Assembly: GCA_946404685.1 (NCBI GenBank)
Contig: CAMJEK010000001.1
Span: forward strand, 1-53,066
Length of the DNA: 53,066 nt
Source: an uncultured Candidatus Saccharibacteria bacterium
GTDB taxonomy: Bacteria; Patescibacteriota; Saccharimonadia; Saccharimonadales; Saccharimonadaceae
Direction: 5' to 3'
Position 1 is the first letter of the stretch. The number at the start of each line of letters is the position of its first letter. Made by a program: the position numbers and the translations under genes. This document shows, piece after piece, positions 28,735 to 37,850 of the stretch. The notes below the pieces were generated by a model that worked only from the letters and a program-made list of their open reading frames with translations, was not told the origin of the DNA and ran no database searches.

Positions 28735-31572
28735 ATGGTTAAACGGGTTATATTGGGTGTTCTTGGGGGGTTATTAACTATTGGCGTGGCGGTCCTTGCA
28801 CCAGAAAACGCCAAGGCGTCTACGGATATAGATATTCAGGTTACTCCAATTCTTGAAATGTCGCTTTCTAACCTCGATATGGCCGTCCAGCCGGACGGGG
28901 AACTTAGGATGGACGACATAACTTTGAATGTCATCTCGAACAACCGTACTGGGTTTGTCGCTACGATGACGATGACTAAGAATGCCGATGAAACTGGCGC
29001 AACTAGCTTGAATCATGCGGTTGTCTCCGGTGTCTCGATCCCAGCCCTTGATGCTAGCTCCGCGGCTAACGATTTTCCGACTAATCACTGGGGCGCCTCT
29101 CTCGATAGCGGTGCAACCTTCTCCGCAGTCCCGGCAAGAGACGAAACCGGTTTAACAGTCCTTTCGACTTCCGGTGTTCTTGAGACCAATAATGCTAACA
29201 TCACGATCGGTACCAAACTCGGCGGAGATACCACTTCTGGTCGTTATGAAAACTCCATTCTTGTCACAGTTGTCGCGAACTATGTCCCACTTCCTCTTTC
29301 CGAGTCATATTTGGTAGCAGGAAAGACCAAGGTTCGAGCTGCAGACGGAAGATACTACTACTCGATGCAAGATATGGATGATGCCGTCTGTAATGGTGCA
29401 GATTTGCTTGATACTTCTGTCCGCGCAGTCGATATTCGTGATGGAAAAGTCTATTGGATTGCCAAACTTCAAGACGGTCATTGCTGGATGACGCAAAACC
29501 TCGATCTAAACTTAAGCCCAAATATTGCTCTAACTTCCGAAACTACCAATCTTGTTGAATTTAACGATGCTGAAGGTGCCTACACCGCAGATAGTGGCTA
29601 TAGCATGTCTGGCGACGTTATCTCCTGGACGCCACTTCGCGCCACGGTTGATGCCGTGACGACTGGTACGACCCCTGGAAGTGTCGACGGCTGGGTTCAT
29701 GATCAGACTAGCCCATCTTCTGCCGATGCGGGGGATTGGTATTGGATTGGGAATCCTTTCTATTCGTCGCCGGAATGTGGCTACAGTGGGAATCAGCAAT
29801 GTGATTACATCAAGAAACGATATGCTGAATATGCAACTCGCTTCACCGAGACTAAGAGTGATGCAACAAACTTCGAACACGGCCATGTCGGGAACTACTA
29901 CAACTGGACTGCGTCCATTGCAACTAATAATTCTGCTGGATATCATGTCAAAACGGATTCCACCCCAGTTGATAACCCACAAAATTCTATCTGCCCTAAA
30001 GGTTGGAGGCTTCCGACTCGTTCTTCTCAAGACACTAGCGAAGTGGGAAGCACAAACGAATACGGAAGACTGGTTCTGCTGTACAATAACAATCTAAACA
30101 ACACTAGCGAAGGCCTAGAGAAGTCTCCATTTTATGCGGTACGATCTGGTTACCTCTTCTGGGATAGAGGAGATTTGTTTTCCGCAGGAGAAGAAGGCCG
30201 CTACTGGCTTTCTACAGTGTCCAGTAATGACAATGGATACGCTGGCGACTTTTCTTTTGGCCCGGGACGGTTTACTTCAGTATCGAGCTCTAACCGTGTG
30301 AACGGATACCCGATACGCTGCATTGCATCTAGTGATATTAGTCGCCATACGCTATCTTTTGATATTAATGGCGGCGTGGGCGCACCAGCGTCGATTGTAG
30401 CGAGCGGTAGTACAAATGCGACAATTATGATTCCGATGACGATCCCAACGAAAAGTGGTTTTAGCTTTAAAGGCTGGGCAACCACTGGCGGCGCTACAAC
30501 TGCAGAATATGCCTACAACGGCTCAATATTTACACCATCTAGTATTGTAATTTCCGAAGATACCACGCTCTATGCTGTCTGGGGACAAGCGGACCTCTCT
30601 TCGATTACCTACATGCAGGAAATGACGCCAGAACTCTGTGCTGCAACTCCAACTCCTTCAATAGACGGGGTTGCCCCTGAACGCCAACTTGTTGATACTC
30701 GTGATGGCAAAACATACTGGGTAGCGAAGCTTGCGGATGGTCATTGCTGGATGACTCAAAATCTTGACTATAATATTATTGCTGGGACTCCAATTACTTC
30801 AGAAACCACCAATCTCAAACAATACGGCGTCGGAGCATATACTTCCGCCAGTGGCTACGCGCAGGACGGGTTAACTGGTGTTATTTCCTGGACGCCAACA
30901 AATGCGACAATTAACGCCGTAACCTCCGGATATGTGGCCGGCTCTATCACTGGTTGGGCCAATAGCGGCACCGCTCCATACTCTGTTGATCCTGGTGACT
31001 GGTATTGGCGGGGAAGCACCTTCTATCCATCAACAGACTGTGGCGGCGACTGTGATTATATCTCTAAGTCTAATATAAAATACGCGTCCCATTTTATAAA
31101 CGTCGCTAGTGATTTGACGAACTACGGCCACGGTCACGTCGGAAACTATTATAACTGGACCGCAGCCATTGCTTCAAACAATTCTTCGGCCCTCAGCGAA
31201 AATGCCTACTCCGATGTAGCCAACAATCCTAAAAACTCCATCTGCCCTAAGGGCTGGAGACTCCCGACTATTTCGGATCAAACTGCCGGTGGCGAGGGTA
31301 GCACGGATGAATTTAGAAGATTAAATGTCGTCTATAATAACAACTCAACCAGCTCAAGTGAGGCCCTAGAAAAATCTCCAGTCTTTGCTGTTAGGACCGG
31401 TTATGTCTATGGCGGTGCATTGTATGCTGCTGGTAGCGACAACTACCTCTGGTCCTCGACGCTAAGTAGCGGCACAAACGCCTACTATGCTAGCTTCAGT
31501 TCTGCCTATGTCGGACCAGAGAGTAATTATTTACGTGATGACGGATTCTCTATCCGCTGTGTAGCTGAATAG
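28735..31572 (+). CDS. Secreted protein with two FISUMP domains separated by an InlB B-repeat-like module
   Basis: Two full CWMTQNL..YYNW..ICPKGW..IRC sets; FDINGG..PTKSGFSFKGW..TLYAVW linker; start 6 nt after TATAAT. Confidence 0.85.
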   Translation: MVKRVILGVLGGLLTIGVAVLAPENAKASTDIDIQVTPILEMSLSNLDMAVQPDGELRMDDITLNVISNNRTGFVATMTMTKNADETGATSLNHAVVSGVSIPALDASSAANDFPTNHWGASLDSGATFSAVPARDETGLTVLSTSGVLETNNANITIGTKLGGDTTSGRYENSILVTVVANYVPLPLSESYLVAGKTKVRAADGRYYYSMQDMDDAVCNGADLLDTSVRAVDIRDGKVYWIAKLQDGHCWMTQNLDLNLSPNIALTSETTNLVEFNDAEGAYTADSGYSMSGDVISWTPLRATVDAVTTGTTPGSVDGWVHDQTSPSSADAGDWYWIGNPFYSSPECGYSGNQQCDYIKKRYAEYATRFTETKSDATNFEHGHVGNYYNWTASIATNNSAGYHVKTDSTPVDNPQNSICPKGWRLPTRSSQDTSEVGSTNEYGRLVLLYNNNLNNTSEGLEKSPFYAVRSGYLFWDRGDLFSAGEEGRYWLSTVSSNDNGYAGDFSFGPGRFTSVSSSNRVNGYPIRCIASSDISRHTLSFDINGGVGAPASIVASGSTNATIMIPMTIPTKSGFSFKGWATTGGATTAEYAYNGSIFTPSSIVISEDTTLYAVWGQADLSSITYMQEMTPELCAATPTPSIDGVAPERQLVDTRDGKTYWVAKLADGHCWMTQNLDYNIIAGTPITSETTNLKQYGVGAYTSASGYAQDGLTGVISWTPTNATINAVTSGYVAGSITGWANSGTAPYSVDPGDWYWRGSTFYPSTDCGGDCDYISKSNIKYASHFINVASDLTNYGHGHVGNYYNWTAAIASNNSSALSENAYSDVANNPKNSICPKGWRLPTISDQTAGGEGSTDEFRRLNVVYNNNSTSSSEALEKSPVFAVRTGYVYGGALYAAGSDNYLWSSTLSSGTNAYYASFSSAYVGPESNYLRDDGFSIRCVAE

Positions 31573-31623
31573 TCGTGAAACGCCCGCTTACCATATCTTC
31601 GGGTATTGTGCTAGAATAGGGTA

Positions 31624-32508
31624 ATGAAAACCGAAAAATCATTACTTACTGCATTTATCCTGAATCTATTCTTTGCGGCCTTTGAATTTATCGGTGGCGC
31701 AATTTCTGGTAGTATTGCTATTTCATCTGATGCTGTTCATGATCTCGGTGACTGTATCACTCTCGGTATCGCCTACGCTCTAGAAAAAAAGAGTCATACC
31801 GGTCCAGACAAAAAACATACCTACGGCTATTCGCGCTACTCTACGCTTGGTGCGCTGATTACAACCACAATCCTTATCGCAGGCGCAATCTTTATTATCT
31901 CAGAAGCAACTGAGACAATTCTTTCTGGTGGAGAATCCGAAATGGAAGGCGGAACAATGCTTATCTTTGCTGCCGTCAGCCTCGTTTTTAACCTTATAGC
32001 CATGTTTGTAACTCGTCACAAACACAACGCTAATGAGCGCGCAATCAATATCCATATCCTAGAAGACGCTCTTGGTAATCTGCTGATTCTAGTCGGCGCA
32101 GTCGTAATCAATCTGACCGGGCTCACAATCCTTGATCCGATCATGTCTATTGCTGTCGCCTTGCTAATCATAATTATGTCAATCAAAAACATTCGCCCGG
32201 TTAGTATTGTCTTCCTCGAGATGACGCCGGACCATCTTTCGGTTGAAAAAATCCGCAAAGAACTTCTCGGAAATTCAGAAATAGAAGATGTCCATCATCT
32301 TCACTTCTGGAACATTGATGAGGAGCACATCTATGTCACATTGCATGTCGTGACGAACAATCCAATCAAGGCTAAACATGAAGTTCGCGAAATCCTCGAA
32401 CATCACAAGATTAACCATGTCACGATCGAGACAGAAACTCCAAAAGAGGCCTGTGAGGATCATGATCACACCGTCGATGCTCCGAGTGGACATCATCACT
32501 ATCACTAG
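31624..32508 (+). CDS. Cation diffusion facilitator (CzcD/ZitB-like Zn/Co efflux)
   Basis: SDAVHDLGD, HTYGYSR, HILED, VHHLHFW, His-rich tail. Confidence 0.9.
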   Translation: MKTEKSLLTAFILNLFFAAFEFIGGAISGSIAISSDAVHDLGDCITLGIAYALEKKSHTGPDKKHTYGYSRYSTLGALITTTILIAGAIFIISEATETILSGGESEMEGGTMLIFAAVSLVFNLIAMFVTRHKHNANERAINIHILEDALGNLLILVGAVVINLTGLTILDPIMSIAVALLIIIMSIKNIRPVSIVFLEMTPDHLSVEKIRKELLGNSEIEDVHHLHFWNIDEEHIYVTLHVVTNNPIKAKHEVREILEHHKINHVTIETETPKEACEDHDHTVDAPSGHHHYH

Positions 32509-32525
32509 TGTGATATAATAATCTC

Positions 32526-33821
32526 ATGAAAAAGATTAATACTTCACCAATCTCTGGAACCCAAGAGTTACTTCCGGGCGCCCAGGCCATTTTCGATAGT
32601 ATCAAAGCTAAAATTAGTGAAGTATATCATGCCCACGGTTTCATGGGGATCGAGACTCCAATTATTGATCGTGCTGAAATTCTTTTTGCGAAAGCCGGTG
32701 GAGACACTGAAAAGCAAGTCTATCGCGTTTTTAAGACTGCTGAAACAGCCGAAAAAACCGACGAGGCTCTTCGCTTTGACCATACCGTGCCACTTGCTCG
32801 CTATGTTGTTGAACACGAAAACGATCTAAGTTTCCCATTCAAAGCCACTCAAATTGGTCGCAACTTCCGTGGCGAGCGTGCCCAAAAAGGCCGCTATCGT
32901 GAATTCTATCAGTGCGATATCGATATTATTGGTCGAAATAGTCTTCCTATTAGCTATGATGCTGATATTATTTCAACCCTGCTTGACGCTTACGGAACTT
33001 TCCTTGAGACTCCAGTTATCGCGCGCATCAACAACCGCAAAATCCTTTCCGGTCTTATCAGTGCCCTTGGCCTAGTCGAAAAATCTGCGGACATCTTTGA
33101 TATTATCGACCACGCCGAAAAAGTTCCACTCGAGGCCACAAAAGAACGCTTCGAAAACATCGGTCTTTCTGAAAATGAAATTAACAAAATGGTCGCCTTC
33201 ACGAATCTCCACGGTTCTCGTGATGTTGTTATTGGTAACCTTTCCAAGCTCGACCTAAATAATGAAACCTTCAAAGAGGGAATTGATGAACTCGATCAGG
33301 TCTTGAAGCTTCTTGAAGCTGAAGGTTATGCTGGCAAATATGAAGCAGACATGAAAATCGTTCGCGGCCTAGATTATTACACAGGCACCGTTTTTGAATT
33401 TAATCTTCCAGAACATAAAGAAATTGGCTCTGTTGGTGGTGGTGGCCGCTACGAAAACCTCGCCGGCAACTTTACTGACCAATTCCTCCCAGGTGTTGGT
33501 GGCTCCATTGGTCTTACCCGTTTATTCTATGTCCTAAACGAGAATAAGCTCCTAAAATCTGACTCCGAAAAACTTATCGACTACGAAATTATACCTGTTT
33601 CCGAGAACGAAAACGGCTACGCAATGGGTCTAGCTAAGAAGCTTCGCGAAAAAGGCTTTGTTGTCGACGTTGTTTTGACCGACAAAAAGCTTGGTGACAA
33701 AATGACCTATGCCGCAAAAATCGCCAAAAACGGCGTCGTGGTTGGCGAAACCGAAATTGTGACTGGCAACTTGAAATCCAAGAACTTTGCCACCGGCGAA
33801 ACATCCGACCTTATTATCTAA
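32526..33821 (+). CDS. hisS: Histidine-tRNA ligase
   Basis: LRFDHTVP, FRGERAQKGRYREFYQCDID, RGLDYYTG, GGGRY. Confidence 0.96.
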   Translation: MKKINTSPISGTQELLPGAQAIFDSIKAKISEVYHAHGFMGIETPIIDRAEILFAKAGGDTEKQVYRVFKTAETAEKTDEALRFDHTVPLARYVVEHENDLSFPFKATQIGRNFRGERAQKGRYREFYQCDIDIIGRNSLPISYDADIISTLLDAYGTFLETPVIARINNRKILSGLISALGLVEKSADIFDIIDHAEKVPLEATKERFENIGLSENEINKMVAFTNLHGSRDVVIGNLSKLDLNNETFKEGIDELDQVLKLLEAEGYAGKYEADMKIVRGLDYYTGTVFEFNLPEHKEIGSVGGGGRYENLAGNFTDQFLPGVGGSIGLTRLFYVLNENKLLKSDSEKLIDYEIIPVSENENGYAMGLAKKLREKGFVVDVVLTDKKLGDKMTYAAKIAKNGVVVGETEIVTGNLKSKNFATGETSDLII

Positions 33822-33822
33822 T

Positions 33823-34380
33823 ATGCGGAACCCAGAACTATCTCAACATTTTCTTCGCTCGCCAAGGCTGGCGCTAATGTTGATTGGTCATTCAAACCTC
33901 AAACATCGCGACACGGTCGTGGAAATTGGGGCTGGTTCTGGCGTGATTACAAGTGCCCTCTCGAAACGCGTGACTAAAGTTATTGCTATTGAGCCAGATC
34001 GTGAAACCGCAAGAAAGCTTCGCGAGAATCTAGAAAAGCGAGGAATCGAGAATGTCGAAATCATCGAGAAAGATTTTATGGACTTTGAATTGCCAGATGG
34101 CCCCTACAAAGTATTTAGTAATCCACCGTTTCACTTAAGTTCCGCCATTGTTCACAAACTGATCGAAGACGAGAATCCACCAGAGTCCTTCTATCTGATC
34201 CTTCAAAAACAGTTTGCCTTAAAGCTTCTGAACACTGACCGCCATTATACTTCTCAGCTTGGCCAAGAACTAATCAAAAAATATCAAACCAAGATTAAAT
34301 ACCCTCTAAAGCCGACCGACTTCACTCCGCCACCGGCAGTTCCGACCGTGCTTTTTGAAGCCAAAATTATCAAGGACTAA
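33823..34380 (+). CDS. Short Erm/KsgA-family rRNA adenine N6-methyltransferase lacking the C-terminal domain
   Basis: SQHFL, EIGAGSG, NPPF, ILQKQFA, FTPPPAV; 185 aa. Confidence 0.8.
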   Translation: MRNPELSQHFLRSPRLALMLIGHSNLKHRDTVVEIGAGSGVITSALSKRVTKVIAIEPDRETARKLRENLEKRGIENVEIIEKDFMDFELPDGPYKVFSNPPFHLSSAIVHKLIEDENPPESFYLILQKQFALKLLNTDRHYTSQLGQELIKKYQTKIKYPLKPTDFTPPPAVPTVLFEAKIIKD

Positions 34381-34381
34381 C

Positions 34382-35080
34382 TTATTTGTTTCTGAGGCCC
34401 ATGTCAAAGTACTTTTTGACGTAGCTCCAGTCCCAAGATGGATCAAATCCAGAGAGTTCATATTTATTGAACTTGAAGTATGGCAGGCCGCCGTTCGCAG
34501 CATCGACGGTTTTTCTGGCGTTTTCAATCACCTCGGCGAGGGTCTCATCTTCGTTAACGCACGTATCAAAATCGCCACTCAGGCCAATTTGGTGGCCGAG
34601 GTCAATCCAAAATGTCTTATCAAGGGAATTAATCATTGGGAAGGCAGACTTGCCATAGGTGGCAAAGAAGTTATTCCAAACCGTTGCAATCGCAATTTTG
34701 TAATAATCCCAGAAGCGGCCCTCATTGCGCGCGCAGAGTGTTGCTTCAGCGGAGTAGCGTGAATTAATTGGTCTAGCTTCGCCATACTCATACAAGAAGT
34801 CTGAGAGTTTAACCTCAAATAAAACGTCGTTTTCTTCAAGATACTGCTTAAACTCGTCTTCATTGTTTAAAATCGCAACTTCAAAGGCGACGCAATATGG
34901 ACACATCAGGTCGGTGTAAGTCACAAAGTAATTCTCGGCATCCATCGAACCCATCGTCATGCGCTCATCCCAGACCTTTTCAGAATTCGGAGTCTTTTTG
35001 TTTGCTGCAACCACGCCAAAGCCGAGCACACCAAGAATTAAAACGATTGTAGCAATCCTAATTATGTTTCCCGCCTTCAC
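34382..35080 (-). CDS. Membrane-anchored DsbA/BdbD-like thioredoxin-fold protein
   Basis: N-terminal TM, YTDLMCPYC, SAEATLCARNEGRFWDY, GLPYF. Confidence 0.8.
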   Translation of the reverse strand: MKAGNIIRIATIVLILGVLGFGVVAANKKTPNSEKVWDERMTMGSMDAENYFVTYTDLMCPYCVAFEVAILNNEDEFKQYLEENDVLFEVKLSDFLYEYGEARPINSRYSAEATLCARNEGRFWDYYKIAIATVWNNFFATYGKSAFPMINSLDKTFWIDLGHQIGLSGDFDTCVNEDETLAEVIENARKTVDAANGGLPYFKFNKYELSGFDPSWDWSYVKKYFDMGLRNK

Positions 35081-35675
35081 GTGCCTCCTTCTTCTTTAGA
35101 TATCTTTCATTCACGATTATAACATACGTCTCTTCGCCGAGCCTTCTCATAGCCAAAACTGCCACAATGATGGCGATGATCGTCACGGCAGTCGAAATTG
35201 CGCCAGTCATAGCTAGGCCACCAGTCGAGAAAAGCGTTCCAAGAAGTGGCGTGAGGAGAGTTGTCCCGCAAGTTGGACAACCGGCGCCGAGCGCAATGAG
35301 TCCGGCCACGATTCCGGCCTTTTCGACATTTACGGAATTCTCGCCGCGTTTCTTTTGCCAAAGAAGAACAATTAGGCCAATCAAAATACTCTGCAGGATG
35401 GTAATCGAGAAAACCGGCAGCCAATCGAGAAAGATCTGGTTAACGCCAAAAATAGCTAAGAAGGAATCTCCTAGAATCTCCATTGCTGTCCCAAATGATT
35501 CGCCCATTAGAGAAAACTTAGAAAAACCACCAGATAGTAGATTCATTAGTGTCCCAAAGAACACGAAGGAGATCAAAAACCCAATCCAAAACTTACGTTC
35601 TTTTGTTGCCATCAAAATACCTTTACCAGCCAAATTGAAGCCGTCCAGCCATTTTGCGATGTTCGGTTTTTTCAT
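35058..35675 (-). CDS. Membrane protein with GCPTC (CxxC) motif
   Basis: About 4 hydrophobic helices, ALGAGCPTCG; GGAGG RBS; overlaps the DsbA-like gene. Confidence 0.75.
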   Translation of the reverse strand: MKKPNIAKWLDGFNLAGKGILMATKERKFWIGFLISFVFFGTLMNLLSGGFSKFSLMGESFGTAMEILGDSFLAIFGVNQIFLDWLPVFSITILQSILIGLIVLLWQKKRGENSVNVEKAGIVAGLIALGAGCPTCGTTLLTPLLGTLFSTGGLAMTGAISTAVTIIAIIVAVLAMRRLGEETYVIIVNERYLKKKEAREGGKHN

Positions 35676-35863
35676 TTTCCTCCACGTTTACTGACTCAAT
35701 TTTAGCATAAAAAGAACCAAAATATAAAAATATATCAGAAAATAAACACAAGAAAAGTCAATAGTATAACCGCGTCCTACCTCTGTTAAGCATAAGAATA
35801 TTAGAACATAAAGAATTTGAAAAATCAATGTTGACACACAAGGTGCCTATGCTAAAATAGAAT

Positions 35864-35988
35864 CAGAATTCGGGTAAAGTTGAGAGATATCGGAATTCGG
35901 GTGGAGAGTGTAGAGTTATCTTGGCAAAGGATTTCCCACCTAGAAATTGAGAAAATAAAGGCACACGGAGGGGTTGTGCCATTTTTTT
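35864..35988 (+). ncRNA. Candidate stand-alone small RNA of about 125 nt
   Basis: TTGACA-N16-TAAAAT promoter (35831..35858), GGCACA/TGTGCC plus T7 terminator, no convincing ORF. Confidence 0.45.
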
Positions 35989-36009
35989 GTATGCTATAAT
36001 ACTCTTTAT

Positions 36010-37095
36010 ATGAGGATTTCGAAAAAGTTCGATTACTCTCTTATAGGTATTACCGGGTTTCTATTCGGTCTTGTTTTTGCCAGTTTCCTTTGGCATCAAG
36101 CCGCCGACTCTTTTGCTGAGTCCGATCAAATTATTGTAAAAGACTCGTACTATGTGACTATCTTTGACGATGGTGAAAAGACCATTATCAAGACCACCCC
36201 AAAAACCGTTTCTGAAGTCTTGAGTAGCCTAAAAATCATCATTAACCCGAACGATCGCATTGAGCCGTCTCTGGACACGGTAGTCGACGTTGACAATTTC
36301 TTTGTGAATATTTATCGCGCACGTCCTGTCATTATTAAGGAAGGCTTCAAAGAACGCTACGTTAATACCGCTAGTCGTGACGCTCGCACCATAGCAAAAG
36401 ATGCCGGCATCACAGTTTGTGATGGTGATGATTTTGTTCTAGTTCCGAACAGCCATTTTCTTGAAACTGGTATCGCAGCAGTCTACGAGATTAATCGTAA
36501 CGGAGATTGCGTAGCGACCGAAACTGTCGAAATTCCGTTTAGTGAAAGAAAAATCAAAGATTACAACATCACCCCAGGTGCAACCGAAGTTCGCCAACTT
36601 GGCGAAGTCGGCCGCAAAGAAGTTGTCGTAAAGACAACCTACAAGAATAACGAAGAAATCTCTCGCGAGATAATTTCCGAAACTGTAGTCAAAGAGCCAG
36701 TTGAACGCATTATTGCTGTTGGGGTTAGCGAAATCGAACGTCATCCATTAACCCCAAGTATGGGCCGCAACCGCTACACCGTAAAACGTGAAGATGGCGT
36801 TATTATAGAGCGTCAAGAGACCTATTATGACCTCAACATGAGTAAAGTTATGCAGAATGCTATGCGTTGGAGTGGTTGTAGCCACAGCGGTCATTATTCT
36901 ATCCGCGATGATGGCGCCAAGGTTGATGACGATGGCTATGTTCTAGTTGCCGCTGAGTTGTCCCGTTATCCACGCTGTTCAGTCGTTGAGACATCACTAG
37001 GTCTTGGTAAGGTTTATGACACTGGTTCGTTTGCCGAGACGAATCCAGAGCAATTTGATTTGGCAACAGATTGGACAAATAGAAATGGCTCTTAA
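36010..37095 (+). CDS. RpfB/YabE-like cell-wall protein: DUF348 + G5 + 3D-like C-terminal domain
   Basis: N-terminal TM, KTVSEVL..DRIEPSLD, G5-like EVRQLGEVG..EPVERIIAVG, VAA..YPR.SVV..VYDTG..FDL; upstream of rsmA as in known synteny. Confidence 0.75.
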   Translation: MRISKKFDYSLIGITGFLFGLVFASFLWHQAADSFAESDQIIVKDSYYVTIFDDGEKTIIKTTPKTVSEVLSSLKIIINPNDRIEPSLDTVVDVDNFFVNIYRARPVIIKEGFKERYVNTASRDARTIAKDAGITVCDGDDFVLVPNSHFLETGIAAVYEINRNGDCVATETVEIPFSERKIKDYNITPGATEVRQLGEVGRKEVVVKTTYKNNEEISREIISETVVKEPVERIIAVGVSEIERHPLTPSMGRNRYTVKREDGVIIERQETYYDLNMSKVMQNAMRWSGCSHSGHYSIRDDGAKVDDDGYVLVAAELSRYPRCSVVETSLGLGKVYDTGSFAETNPEQFDLATDWTNRNGS

Positions 37096-37840
37096 AAATA
37101 ACAAATCACTTGGTCAACATTGGCTTAAAAATCGCATCATCCTGGATGACATTGCTGATCTTGCAGTAAAAGATGGAGTGATAAACTGTCTCGAGATTGG
37201 TCCAGGTCTTGGTACATTGACTAGCTCACTACTCCGACGCTTTGAGAAAGTTACCTCTGTTGAATTTGACGAAAACTTGGCTAAGAATCTGCCAAAATCC
37301 TTCCCGGGCAAGAATCTCGAAGTTATCAATGCAGATATTTTAAAATTTGATTTTAATTCCGTAGAGGCCCCGTATAGCGTTGCTGGAAATATACCTTACT
37401 ATATCACTAGTCCGATCATTGAGCGCCTTCTCTTGGCTGAGAATAAGCCAGAAAGGATAGTCCTTCTCATCCAGAAGGAAGTAGCCGAAAGAATTGCTGC
37501 TGAAGACGGCAAACAATCTGTTTTGTCTCTGTTTGTTCAAAACCGCGCCGACGTCGAACTCGGTCCAGTAGTCCTGAAAGGTGAATTTACTCCTCCACCA
37601 AAAGTGGATAGTGAAATCATCATCTTAAACCCAAAAACTCCAGAAATCAAAGAAGAAGTTTTTAAGCTAATCAAAATCGGCTTTAGCTCCCCAAGAAAGA
37701 AACTTATCGCAAATCTTGCCGGACAAAAATCTAAAGAAGAATTAAAACAAATCTTCGAAAAGCTCAATCTCGATGAGAATGCGCGCCCGGCCAATCTTGG
37801 CCTAAAAGACTGGGAACGTCTCCAGGAATCTATGCTATAA
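37085..37840 (+). CDS. rsmA: 16S rRNA dimethyltransferase KsgA
   Basis: KSLGQHWL, EIGPGLGTLT, GNIPYYITSPI, FTPPPKVDS, GFSSPRKKL. Confidence 0.93.
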   Translation: MALKNNKSLGQHWLKNRIILDDIADLAVKDGVINCLEIGPGLGTLTSSLLRRFEKVTSVEFDENLAKNLPKSFPGKNLEVINADILKFDFNSVEAPYSVAGNIPYYITSPIIERLLLAENKPERIVLLIQKEVAERIAAEDGKQSVLSLFVQNRADVELGPVVLKGEFTPPPKVDSEIIILNPKTPEIKEEVFKLIKIGFSSPRKKLIANLAGQKSKEELKQIFEKLNLDENARPANLGLKDWERLQESML

Positions 37841-37850
37841 TAAAAGTATT

